Below, piece by piece: positions 39,705 to 49,204 of a stretch of DNA of 64,000 nucleotides. Origin of the DNA: an uncultured Chryseobacterium sp. (GTDB lineage: Bacteria; Bacteroidota; Bacteroidia; UBA10329). The stretch covers positions 14,917 through 78,916 of the forward strand of contig CAYWET010000014.1 of NCBI GenBank assembly GCA_964457245.1. The letters run 5' to 3'. Position numbers and translations under genes: made by a program. The notes under the pieces are model-generated. The model saw only the letters and a program-made list of their open reading frames with translations, did not search any database and was not told where the DNA came from. Every line of letters begins with the position of its first letter. Within the stretch, counting starts at the first letter, position 1.

Positions 39705-41615
39705 ATGAGTAAGATAATCGGAATAGACTTGGGAACTACCAACTCGTGCGTCTCTGTAATGGAGGGGAATGAGCCAGTGGTTATCCCAAACAGCGAAGGG
39801 CGAAGAACCACGCCTTCTATCGTTGCTTTTGTAGAAGGTGGCGAGCGAAAAGTTGGTGACCCTGCCAAACGTCAGGCTATTACAAACCCAACCAAAACCA
39901 TCGCTTCGATCAAGCGATTCATGGGTTCGAGCTATGACGAAGTGGCAAAGGAGGTTGATCGCGTTCCTTACGATGTAGTGAAAGGAGCCAACAATACTCC
40001 ACGAGTTAAGATCGATGATAGAGAATATACTCCGCAAGAGATTTCTGCAATGACGCTTCAGAAAATGAAGAAGACGGCAGAAGATTACTTAGGAACGGAG
40101 GTGACAGAAGCGGTAATTACCGTTCCTGCATACTTCAACGATTCTCAGCGTCAGGCAACTAAAGAAGCTGGCGAAATTGCTGGCCTTAAAGTGAAAAGAA
40201 TCATCAACGAGCCAACAGCAGCGGCCTTGGCTTACGGACTAGACAAGAAGACTGAAGATTCTACCATCGCGGTTTTTGACCTTGGTGGAGGAACATTTGA
40301 TATCTCAATCCTTGAATTGGGAGACGGAGTTTTCGAAGTGAAATCAACCAATGGTGACACGCATCTTGGTGGTGATGACTTCGATGAGGTAATCATCGAT
40401 TGGTTGGCAGATGAGTTCAAGAATGATGAAGGAATCGATCTTCGTAAAGATCCGATGGCACTTCAAAGATTGAAGGAAGCTGCAGAGAAGGCAAAGATTG
40501 AGCTTTCAAGTTCAAATTCAACAGAGATCAACTTGCCATACATCATGCCAGTTGATGGCATTCCAAAGCACTTGGTAAGAACATTGAGCCGCTCAAAATT
40601 TGAGCAGTTGGCTGACAAATTGATTCAAGCAACGCTTGAGCCATGTAAGCAGGCTATGAAAGATGCTGGATTGAGCAACTCAGACATCAACGAAGTAATT
40701 CTTGTTGGAGGTTCTACTCGTATTCCAGCAATTCAGAAAATTGTTGAGGATTTCTTCGGAAAAGCGCCTTCTAAAGGTGTGAATCCAGATGAGGTTGTAG
40801 CTATCGGTGCTGCTATACAAGGTGGAGTTTTGACAGGTGAGGTGAAAGACGTTCTTCTTCTTGATGTAACGCCACTTTCTCTTGGAATTGAAACCATGGG
40901 TGGAGTATTCACGAAGCTTATCGAAGCGAACACCACCATTCCAACCAAGAAGTCTGAGACATTCTCGACTGCTGCAGATAATCAGCCATCGGTTGAGTTG
41001 CATGTGTTGCAAGGTGAGCGACCAATGGCTGCTCACAACAGAACAATTGGTAAGTTCCATTTGAATGACATTCCGCCAGCACCAAGAGGTGTTCCTCAAA
41101 TTGAAGTAACCTTCGATATTGATGCGAACGGAATCATCAATGTCTCTGCGACCGATAAGGCAACTGGAAAGTCACAGAATATCAGAATTGAAGCATCTTC
41201 AGGGCTATCTGACGAGGAAATCGAAAAGATGAAGCAAGAAGCTGAAGCTAACGCTGATGCAGATGCTAAAGCGAAAGAAGAAGTTGAGAAGGTAAACTCT
41301 GCTGATCAGATGATTTTCCAAACAGAAAAGCAGCTGAAAGAATTCGGAGAGAAACTTCCAGCTGAGAAGAAAGAGCCGATCGAGTCAGCTTTGGCTGATT
41401 TGAAGAAAGCTCACGAAGCGAAAGATCTTGCGGCTATCGATACTTCACTAGAAGCATTGAACACTGCTTGGCAAGCAGCTTCGCAAGAGATGTACCAAGC
41501 AACTCAAGATGCACAAGGCGGAGCGCAGCCAGGAGCTGATGCAAACGCTGGTGGCGGAGATGACGAGGTCACAGATGTTGACTTTGAAGAAGTAAGTGAG
41601 GAAGAAGGGAAGTAA
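39705..41615 (+). CDS. dnaK: molecular chaperone DnaK (true start at [14 protein letters not shown]; the ORF-track start at 39642 is an upstream in-frame Met)
   Basis: [18 protein letters not shown] and the Hsp70 signature throughout. Confidence 0.95.
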   Translation: MSKIIGIDLGTTNSCVSVMEGNEPVVIPNSEGRRTTPSIVAFVEGGERKVGDPAKRQAITNPTKTIASIKRFMGSSYDEVAKEVDRVPYDVVKGANNTPRVKIDDREYTPQEISAMTLQKMKKTAEDYLGTEVTEAVITVPAYFNDSQRQATKEAGEIAGLKVKRIINEPTAAALAYGLDKKTEDSTIAVFDLGGGTFDISILELGDGVFEVKSTNGDTHLGGDDFDEVIIDWLADEFKNDEGIDLRKDPMALQRLKEAAEKAKIELSSSNSTEINLPYIMPVDGIPKHLVRTLSRSKFEQLADKLIQATLEPCKQAMKDAGLSNSDINEVILVGGSTRIPAIQKIVEDFFGKAPSKGVNPDEVVAIGAAIQGGVLTGEVKDVLLLDVTPLSLGIETMGGVFTKLIEANTTIPTKKSETFSTAADNQPSVELHVLQGERPMAAHNRTIGKFHLNDIPPAPRGVPQIEVTFDIDANGIINVSATDKATGKSQNIRIEASSGLSDEEIEKMKQEAEANADADAKAKEEVEKVNSADQMIFQTEKQLKEFGEKLPAEKKEPIESALADLKKAHEAKDLAAIDTSLEALNTAWQAASQEMYQATQDAQGGAQPGADANAGGGDDEVTDVDFEEVSEEEGK

Positions 41616-41635
41616 ACCTTCATGGTAGATTGGGT

Positions 41636-41668
41636 GAAGCCGCTTCGAATTTCGGAGCGGCTTTTTTT
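41636..41668. terminator. bidirectional rho-independent terminator between dnaK and hemW
   Basis: gccgcttcg-aattt-cggagcggc stem followed by ttttttt. Confidence 0.7.
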
Positions 41669-42788
41669 ATTCCAAAAACAAAGCTGCAGTTAGAAGATCG
41701 GCTCGCTGTTTTCCTGCATCAGTAAGTAGTATAACATCACTTTGAATCCGTATTTCGGAATCCACGATTTGTTTGGCATTATTTAGAATCGATTGCCAAG
41801 CCTTCGGTTCAATTTCATCAACTACAGATCTCTGAACCCCCCATTTGGTTCTGAGACCTATCATGATCTGCTCATTGATCCGATCTTTTACGGATAGTTT
41901 TTCGGATTCGGAAAATGGCTCACCAGAACCGATTTTCTGCATGAAAGCGCCATTGCTGCGAACGTTCCATTCTCGCTCAGCACCGTTAAATGAATGTGCT
42001 GATGGACCAAGTCCCAAATACTTTTTACCCAACCAATAAGATGAGTTGTGCTTGGATATGAAACCTTCTTTAGCAAAGTTGCTGATCTCGTAATGCTCGA
42101 ATTCGTTAGCAGGAAGGAACTCCATGTTCATTTCGAAAAAACGAGCACTAGAATGTTCATCCGGTGTTTTCTGCTGACCTTTTTTAATTCGATTATGAAG
42201 AACGGTTTTGGGCTCAACGGTAAGTGAGTAACTGGAAATGTGTTGAATGTCAAGTCCGATTGCAGTTTTCAGATTCAATTCCCAATCTTGTTCAGTTTGC
42301 TCAGGTAGCCCAAAAATGAGGTCAATGCTGATGTTATTGAAGCCAATGTCTTGGGCGTTTTTGATACTCTCAACCGCTTGTTCAGCTGTATGCATGCGGT
42401 TCATCCACTTCAATTCCGAATCAATGAAAGACTGTGTTCCCAAACTCAGGCGATTGATGCCGATCTGTTTCAATTCAAACAGCTTTTCTAAAGAAAGGTC
42501 TTCCGGGTTTGCTTCCAGCGTAAGCTCAATTTCATCAGCAACCGATTGTGCATCGTGAATACGTTTAAGTATTCGCTCAATGTCGGTTGTGGCAAGTAGG
42601 GAAGGAGTACCGCCTCCAAAGTAGATAGTTTCGATTTTTTCGCTTTGCAGGTAATTCTTCCTAAGTTCAATTTCCTTCAGAATTGCATCTACCAGCAGGT
42701 CTGAGTTTTTCAGATTGGTGGTAAAATGAAAATCGCAGTAATGGCAAGCGCGCCTGCAAAACGGAACGTGAACGTAAATTCCAGCCAT
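41667..42788 (-). CDS. hemW: radical-SAM heme chaperone HemW (HemN-like). The start is reassigned to Met42 of the listed ORF
   Basis: CxxxCxxC radical-SAM motif (CRRACHYCDF); the start overlaps the upstream kinase stop as TGATG. Confidence 0.85.
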   Translation of the reverse strand: MAGIYVHVPFCRRACHYCDFHFTTNLKNSDLLVDAILKEIELRKNYLQSEKIETIYFGGGTPSLLATTDIERILKRIHDAQSVADEIELTLEANPEDLSLEKLFELKQIGINRLSLGTQSFIDSELKWMNRMHTAEQAVESIKNAQDIGFNNISIDLIFGLPEQTEQDWELNLKTAIGLDIQHISSYSLTVEPKTVLHNRIKKGQQKTPDEHSSARFFEMNMEFLPANEFEHYEISNFAKEGFISKHNSSYWLGKKYLGLGPSAHSFNGAEREWNVRSNGAFMQKIGSGEPFSESEKLSVKDRINEQIMIGLRTKWGVQRSVVDEIEPKAWQSILNNAKQIVDSEIRIQSDVILLTDAGKQRADLLTAALFLE

Positions 42789-43966
42789 CAGGCCTTGTTC
42801 AAAGTGATTCTGAATGTGGTTCCCTTTCCGATCTCGGAGTTCTTGACCACAATCTTCCCGGAATGATATTGCTCCACTATTCGTTTGGTGAGGGAAAGTC
42901 CTAATCCCCAACCTCGTTTTTTGCTGGTATATCCAGGTTGGAAAACGGTTTCAAACTTAGACCGAGGAATGCCTTTGCCGGTGTCAGCCACATCAATTAT
43001 TACCTGATCGTTCAACTCGCTTAGTTCAACATCTATGGCACCCGAACCTTCCATGGCGTCAATAGCATTGCGGCAGAGATTTTCTATAACCCAGGCAAAC
43101 AGTGGGATATTCAAAGGGATTTCCAAGGTGGAAATACCGTTGGTTTCCATTGTAAATTGAATCTTCTTAGAGCTACGAGAACGCATATAATCCACGCTTT
43201 CTTCCAGCACTTCAGCAATGTTTTCTGGTTTTAGTTCGGGTACAGAACCAATTTTGGAAAAACGCTCGGTAATGGTTTCCAATCTGCCAACATCCTTCTG
43301 CATGTCTTTGATAATGCCGGCATCAACATCTTTCATCTTCAAATATTCTATCCATGCAATGAGCGATGAAAGCGGAGTTCCTAACTGATGTGCGGTTTCC
43401 TTGGCCATTCCAACCCAAACTTGATCTTGTTCGGCTCTTCTTGCAAAACTGAACGCGAAATAGGCCACAATTATGAAGATGGAGATGATGCCAAGGCTAA
43501 CGTATGGATAGTATTTCAGCTGGTAATACAGGTTTGAATTATCGTAATAGATGTAGTTACGCGTACCGCCAAAAAGTTCAATCTGAATAGGTTCATTGTG
43601 TCCAATAATCTTGTTCAATTGCTTCTTCTGGTACGCTGGATCTTGGCTTCGTTCTTCATCAAAATTCCTGATGGAAATGATGTTCAGGTTCTCATCGGTA
43701 AGCACCAGGGGAATTGATGTGTTCGACTTTACCACCTCAAAAACGAAGCTCAGATCTGCATTTTGGTCTGCAGAATTAGCTAAGAACTTAGTACCATCTG
43801 CCCAAAGCTTTACGCGATTTCGTTCTTCCACGGCCAATCGACTCACCAACTGATTGGTGTACATCAAAGAGCCGACTCCAATGATCAATGCTATGATCAT
43901 CAGCACAAGCTTCCAACGTTGTTTCTGGGAGTAAATGTTCACGCTTTGGAGCGATTGGATTTGCAC
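42788..43966 (-). CDS. orphan sensor histidine kinase (two TM helices, periplasmic loop, HisKA plus HATPase_c)
   Basis: H-box AHQLGTPLSSL; N/G boxes NLCRNAIDA, DTGKGIP, GWGLGLSL. Confidence 0.8.
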   Translation of the reverse strand: MQIQSLQSVNIYSQKQRWKLVLMIIALIIGVGSLMYTNQLVSRLAVEERNRVKLWADGTKFLANSADQNADLSFVFEVVKSNTSIPLVLTDENLNIISIRNFDEERSQDPAYQKKQLNKIIGHNEPIQIELFGGTRNYIYYDNSNLYYQLKYYPYVSLGIISIFIIVAYFAFSFARRAEQDQVWVGMAKETAHQLGTPLSSLIAWIEYLKMKDVDAGIIKDMQKDVGRLETITERFSKIGSVPELKPENIAEVLEESVDYMRSRSSKKIQFTMETNGISTLEIPLNIPLFAWVIENLCRNAIDAMEGSGAIDVELSELNDQVIIDVADTGKGIPRSKFETVFQPGYTSKKRGWGLGLSLTKRIVEQYHSGKIVVKNSEIGKGTTFRITLNKA

Positions 43967-44008
43967 GGCAAATTAACGAATTGCAAAAGGGCTTATTGCG
44001 TGTTGGTT

Positions 44009-46642
44009 TTAAGGGTCAAATTCAATTTCAAAGCCACCCTCAGTTTCCTGCTCTTCAGGCTCAGACGAGAACAGACCGCGTTTCTTTTTCTTCTTTTTTG
44101 GTTTCTCTTCTGATGGGTTTGATGAAGCGGATTTATCTCTTTCTTCATTTTCAAGACCATCATCATCCAATCGGAATTGAATCGTTTCCTCTTCCGGTTC
44201 TTCCGATGAATTCTTGCCACCGAACTCATCACGGAAAAGCTTCTTGATGGTTTGTCCTTCCTTTTTCAGGTCAGCGTTGATTTTCTTTCTTACCTCTTTT
44301 TTATCGTAGCCAACTTTCAAATTGCCTGGTCGACCGCGTATCCAGAGAAAAAGGCGCGTTTTGCCTTTCTCATCCAAAATTTCATGTCCATCAAAAGTGC
44401 GTTGCTTCTTCGCTTTTCTTCTAATCAAATCGTTGAGTAAAAGGTTTACATGATAGTCCATTTCCTGGTCAAAACCGTGTTCTCCGAAAACGTCCACATT
44501 CAAGATGCTACTGGCTACCGTCATTCGCGGAATAAAAAGCTTGTTGTTCCGAATGCTCAACTGATTACGAAGCGTATCGAACTTAACGTGGGTCAATTCA
44601 TCCACGTCAATGAATCTTGACATGGCGAGTAGCGGTTCAAACTGAATCAACTCGCCACCAATCACCTTAATGTCGGCTTCAACACGCAGTTTGTTTTTCA
44701 GGATGTCATAATCTTCGGTTAAATAAATATCGGCCTCCAAGTTGGCACTCGCAATACCTTCAAGGTTTTCGGATGTGATTGATTTCTGCCCAAAGTTGTT
44801 CCACTCCGAAAGGGTTCTGCTCATATCGATATTCTTCAAGTTTCCATCAAGGCTAAACAGGAAACCTTTTGTTGATGGAGCATAAGAAAGCGTGGTGGAA
44901 ACGTGACCTCCTAATGCCTTGAATCTAAGTTCGGAAACATCAACCCGATTGTTCTGCATACTGATATCTCCGGTTACAGTTGTAGCAGAGAAATCCTTGT
45001 AATTGATTCGGTCAACGCTTGTAGTGACCTGAATGGAAATATCTCTGCTTGTGGAGCTAGACGGATTTTCAGATTCAAATTTCCATTCGGTTGGAAGCTT
45101 GGCGATATCCAATTCCTTAATATGAACGTTTCCGTTCAGCGCAATTTCAGATCGGGAATCGGTTAGAATTTGCTTCAGCTTTGCGATATCCATTTCACCG
45201 TTAAATTCCAGGTGACCAATGACTCCAGAGCACTGCGTAATGGATGTCTTACCCATGTTCATGGCAATGTTGGCATTGAACGAACTTAATTTTGGAATTC
45301 CGGTATTGAACTGAAGTTCGGATTCCGATAAACTCAAGCTTCCAGACCAGTTCATTTTCTTCAGCTCTTCCACCGTGGTGTTGAAATCACGACCAAGCGG
45401 ACCTTCAAAATCAATATTCCAACTTATTCCACCGTTAGCTTGAACATCGTCTTGAATATTAGCCACAACAATTAGTTCATCCAACCTTGAATTTCCTTTG
45501 GTCTTCAGTTTAAGCTGTGGATTACTGAGGTCAGTCAATGTTCCGCTGCCTTCAACCTTTCCTTTTGGTGTCTTTAAGCTGAACGAATCAAAGTTGATTC
45601 GCATCGCTTTTGAACGCTTGATGTCTTCCATGAATAGTCTGCCTTCAAAATTTAACGCAGAAACATCGGTTTTTTGAAAGACAAGGCTACCATCACGCAT
45701 TCTAATGGTGGCCTCTAATTTTGGTCCAGTGTTCTTTGTGAATGGGCCATTCAGTGAGAAAATAATGTCCGAACGACCTTTCAGTTTCAAGTTCCTAACG
45801 TTCTGAGGCATCTGAGGCCAAACGTGCGGTAGAATCTCATTCGGTTCTATGTTTCCCGCATGCACTTGCATCTGCATGTCGGTTCCATCGTCAATCCTTT
45901 TCCATTCTGCGTTTAAGACCATTTCGTTGCCTGCCAAAACAGCATTGCCAGTTTCAATGGTGTAAATCCGGTCTTTTGAGTTGATATTCAAAACGCCCGC
46001 TAAGTTTAACGGCAACTCAACAATCCGGTCTGCTCCAATGGTTGTAAGACGTTCCAAATAACCATTTAGACTCAATCCCAAACGTTGATTCTCATCAGTA
46101 AATCGACCTTTGATTTTTGACTTTTCAGAAAGGAATTGAATGTTCAGGTCGATGGTCCTATCGTCATAATCCAAGTGGATGTTCTCAAGAGTTAGAATTT
46201 CAATACTGAAATCCGTCTTGACTTGGTCATTTTTGGTTTCTGGTACTTTCCAAACCTTGAAATTCCACTGATCGGATACGTTACGTTTCAAACGCAAAAA
46301 ACCATCAGTTACCCGGATTCCTTCTATTGTAATGTCGTTCTGCATCAGCTTTAGCGCATCAAACTGAACAAATGCTTTTTGGACGTTGAGAAGCGTGTCT
46401 GATCTGAAAGAATCTTGAATTCTGATGTCGCGTATTTCGACCGCTACTTTGGGAAAATCACTCCAGAAGGAGACAGCCACATCTTCATTGAAGTCAGCTT
46501 CCGTAACAATTGTCGAACGAACCGTTTCCAACGCATATTCCTTCATGTCGTCCGCGTATTTCCAATACACGAAAATGGCTGTTGCAATGAGCAGTACAAC
46601 CAACGAAAACAGAAAGGTTAGAATACGTTTGAACCAGATCAT
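44009..46642 (-). CDS. AsmA-family / TamB-like large envelope protein with a charged C-terminal tail
   Basis: N-terminal TM anchor, an 877-aa beta-rich body, and a KKKKKKR...EPEEQETEGGFEIEFDP tail. Confidence 0.6.
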   Translation of the reverse strand: MIWFKRILTFLFSLVVLLIATAIFVYWKYADDMKEYALETVRSTIVTEADFNEDVAVSFWSDFPKVAVEIRDIRIQDSFRSDTLLNVQKAFVQFDALKLMQNDITIEGIRVTDGFLRLKRNVSDQWNFKVWKVPETKNDQVKTDFSIEILTLENIHLDYDDRTIDLNIQFLSEKSKIKGRFTDENQRLGLSLNGYLERLTTIGADRIVELPLNLAGVLNINSKDRIYTIETGNAVLAGNEMVLNAEWKRIDDGTDMQMQVHAGNIEPNEILPHVWPQMPQNVRNLKLKGRSDIIFSLNGPFTKNTGPKLEATIRMRDGSLVFQKTDVSALNFEGRLFMEDIKRSKAMRINFDSFSLKTPKGKVEGSGTLTDLSNPQLKLKTKGNSRLDELIVVANIQDDVQANGGISWNIDFEGPLGRDFNTTVEELKKMNWSGSLSLSESELQFNTGIPKLSSFNANIAMNMGKTSITQCSGVIGHLEFNGEMDIAKLKQILTDSRSEIALNGNVHIKELDIAKLPTEWKFESENPSSSTSRDISIQVTTSVDRINYKDFSATTVTGDISMQNNRVDVSELRFKALGGHVSTTLSYAPSTKGFLFSLDGNLKNIDMSRTLSEWNNFGQKSITSENLEGIASANLEADIYLTEDYDILKNKLRVEADIKVIGGELIQFEPLLAMSRFIDVDELTHVKFDTLRNQLSIRNNKLFIPRMTVASSILNVDVFGEHGFDQEMDYHVNLLLNDLIRRKAKKQRTFDGHEILDEKGKTRLFLWIRGRPGNLKVGYDKKEVRKKINADLKKEGQTIKKLFRDEFGGKNSSEEPEEETIQFRLDDDGLENEERDKSASSNPSEEKPKKKKKKRGLFSSEPEEQETEGGFEIEFDP

Positions 46643-46836
46643 AATTCAGAAGTAAAAGTATCCGCCATCTGTGTGGAAACGGCCAATTTCCTATTGAAGT
46701 ATTCAATCCGCCATGTTCATAACGTTAATGTTGGTGCTTATGAAGTTCTCACCAAATTCAGTGTATTTATTAACACGAGCGGTTGTGAGAGTAACATTTT
46801 GATAGCTTGCAGCATCATAAACCAAACCCGTATCTC

Positions 46837-47061
46837 ATGAAAAAATCTACACTATTAATTAATGGCCTTCTTGGAGTTGTATTCTGTGCATTTGTTGCAT
46901 GCGGTGGTTCTGAAGCTCCGAAGGAAGAAGCTCCAGCCGAGGAGGTTGTTGAAGAAGTTGTTGAGGAAGTAGAAGAGGCAATGGAAGTTGTGGACAGTAC
47001 AGCAACTGAAGTTGTAGAAGAAGTTGAGGAAGCTGTAGAAGAAGCTACAGAAGGAGAGTAA
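46837..47061 (+). CDS. small acidic repeat lipoprotein (ORF track start 46807; the lipobox Met is at 46837)
   Basis: MKKSTLLINGLLGVVFCAFVACGG signal, then EEVVEEVVEEVEE... repeats. Confidence 0.5.
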   Translation: MKKSTLLINGLLGVVFCAFVACGGSEAPKEEAPAEEVVEEVVEEVEEAMEVVDSTATEVVEEVEEAVEEATEGE

Positions 47062-47082
47062 TTCTAACTTCTCAGAAAGTTC

Positions 47083-47120
47083 AAGGCCTTTGGAAATTTT
47101 CCAAAGGCCTTTTTTATTTG
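47083..47120. terminator. bidirectional rho-independent terminator
   Basis: aaggcctttgg-aaatttt-ccaaaggcctt perfect 11-bp stem followed by ttttttatttg. Confidence 0.75.
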
Positions 47121-48361
47121 GCCGGAAGAACCTTGGTTCTCACTTCTCCGAATCCAACACGCTTGCCATCCTTTTGGCAATACGCTTTCATGACAACGGT
47201 ATCACCATCAAGAATAAATTTACGCTCCGTTCCATCAGGCATGGAAACGGGTTTTGAACCTCTCCAAGAAATCTCTAGCATAGAACCATAACTATCAGGT
47301 GTTGGGCCAGAAATCGTTCCAGATGCACACATATCGCCCACATTCATATTGCAACCGTTTACTGTATGATGCGCCAATTGCTGCGCCATGCTCCAGTACA
47401 TGTATTTAAAATTGCTGTTGCTAACGGTTTTGGCTACGCCAGATTCCGTCTCGATGGCAGCTTCAAGATTGATGTCGAAACTGTGGTCTTTGCTCATTTC
47501 CAAATAGGGAAGAACAGCAGGTTCTTGCTTTGGCCCAGCAGTTCGGAAAGCGTCCAATGCCTCCATGGTAACAATCCAAGGGGAAATGGATGAACCGAAG
47601 TTCTTTGCCAAGAATGGCCCCAACGGAACGTACTCCCATTTCTGAATATCGCGCGCGCTCCAATCATTGAAAACCACCATTCCGAAAATGTGGTCTTCAG
47701 CATTTTCTACCGGAACAGAATCTCCAAGTGCATTCGGTTTTCCGACAATGAAAGCCATTTCCAACTCAAAATCGAGAAGCTTAGAAGGACCAAAACTGGG
47801 TTTGTCAGCATCAGGCGCAATAGTTTGCCCTTTTGGTCGGTGAAGTGGTGTTCCGCTAATGACAATAGAAGAAGCACGGCCGTGGTAACCAACCGGAATG
47901 TGCAGCCAGTTTGGTAGCAGGGCATTGTCTGGGTCGCGGAACATGGTTCCAACGTTGGTTGCGTGTTCCTTACTGCTGTAAAAATCGGTGTAATCGCCAA
48001 CATGAACCGGCATAAGCATTTCCACATCTTCAACTTTTCGGATGGCATTCAATCTGGCTGCTTCGTTGTCTCGCAGCTCACCGTTTTCGGCCGAGAAAAG
48101 TTCCTGAATTCGTGTTCTAACCGAATTAGTGATCGGTTTTCCAAGAGCGATAAAATCGTTCAGCACTGGTTGTTGGAAAACATCTTCTGGCAGGTTGATC
48201 TCTGCAAAAAGACCGGCTTTCTGAAGCGCATCAAGATCAACGGCAAAGTCTCCAATTCTGGTTGCGGCCAGCGGTTTTCCTCCATCAACTCGTCCAACAC
48301 CAAATGGAATGTTGTCCAAGCTAAAATCACTATCATTCGGTATTTCTATCCAACTGCTCAT
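47114..48361 (-). CDS. fahA: fumarylacetoacetase. The start is reassigned to MSSWIEIP (ORF track 48412) to avoid a 41-nt overlap with the FkbM gene
   Basis: N-terminal FAH domain (IPFGVG) and the C-terminal FAH catalytic fold. Confidence 0.85.
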   Translation of the reverse strand: MSSWIEIPNDSDFSLDNIPFGVGRVDGGKPLAATRIGDFAVDLDALQKAGLFAEINLPEDVFQQPVLNDFIALGKPITNSVRTRIQELFSAENGELRDNEAARLNAIRKVEDVEMLMPVHVGDYTDFYSSKEHATNVGTMFRDPDNALLPNWLHIPVGYHGRASSIVISGTPLHRPKGQTIAPDADKPSFGPSKLLDFELEMAFIVGKPNALGDSVPVENAEDHIFGMVVFNDWSARDIQKWEYVPLGPFLAKNFGSSISPWIVTMEALDAFRTAGPKQEPAVLPYLEMSKDHSFDINLEAAIETESGVAKTVSNSNFKYMYWSMAQQLAHHTVNGCNMNVGDMCASGTISGPTPDSYGSMLEISWRGSKPVSMPDGTERKFILDGDTVVMKAYCQKDGKRVGFGEVRTKVLPAK

Positions 48362-48371
48362 TTCTTTCAAA

Positions 48372-49181
48372 TTATGAATATCCGTATTGCCAGTTCTTGT
48401 ATTGATTCTCACGGAAATCTTTGCTCAAGTAAAGCAGGTTTCCGTAATGAACTCCTTTCTTGAAGCCTAAATGCCCCATTTCGTAAATACCGAAAAGAGC
48501 GTAGCCGTAGCCATCTAAAATCTCATTGATATCACCGAAATAGGTGTTGCGTGTGTTCGATTTCATGAAGCCCGCTTCGCAGATAATTGCGGCAACTTTT
48601 CCGCTAGAAAGTAGCTTCTTCGCACCATTTAGAACAGGAACTTCAAAGCCTTCGGTGTCAATCTTCAAAAGATTGATCTGATCGATTCCTTCTCGGGCAA
48701 CAAAATCGTCTAATGTTTCAATTCGAATCTCAACTTCATCAAAACCTTGGTCGGAAGATTCCAAATTGGTCTGAAAGGCATCGTTTATCGAATTCGTAAC
48801 AGAATTGCTGTTCTTGATGACTTTGATCTTGCGTGATTCAGCGCTTTCACCAAAGGCGATGTTGTAAGGGAAAATATCTGCTTTCCCACCGCAATGCTTC
48901 TGAAGTTCGTTGAACGTGCTTGGCACAGGTTCGAACGTGTAGATCTTCGAATTCGGGTAGATGTCTCGGTAAAAATCAACGGTTTGGCCAATGTTGGCGC
49001 CAATGTCGAATATCACCTTCGGTTTAAGATTGATCTTCTCTACCAGATCAACCGCGTAATCGGTTCCCACAGGCATTGTTTTCGCCTCATGCAAATAGTA
49101 ACCGAAACGATGGAGTAAAAGATGCCTGAATTTGGAGATAACGCCCACAGTTGTGATTTGCGCCAAATGTAAGGAGTTCAA
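48372..49181 (-). CDS. FkbM-family SAM-dependent methyltransferase
   Basis: VIFDIGANIGQT SAM-binding motif and a C-terminal LLKIDTEGFE block (Methyltransf_21). The true start may be the Met at 49076. Confidence 0.75.
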   Translation of the reverse strand: MNSLHLAQITTVGVISKFRHLLLHRFGYYLHEAKTMPVGTDYAVDLVEKINLKPKVIFDIGANIGQTVDFYRDIYPNSKIYTFEPVPSTFNELQKHCGGKADIFPYNIAFGESAESRKIKVIKNSNSVTNSINDAFQTNLESSDQGFDEVEIRIETLDDFVAREGIDQINLLKIDTEGFEVPVLNGAKKLLSSGKVAAIICEAGFMKSNTRNTYFGDINEILDGYGYALFGIYEMGHLGFKKGVHYGNLLYLSKDFRENQYKNWQYGYS

Positions 49182-49204
49182 TCAGATGAACTGAAATGCG
49201 TTGA

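Noticed and set aside
48361-48412. The ORF-track N-terminus of fahA (MRINTRTGNTDIHNLKE...) overlapping FkbM by 41 nt
   Set aside because: The internal Met at 48361 gives a conventional FAH start (MSSWIEIP...) and removes the same-strand overlap. The upstream extension was judged spurious.
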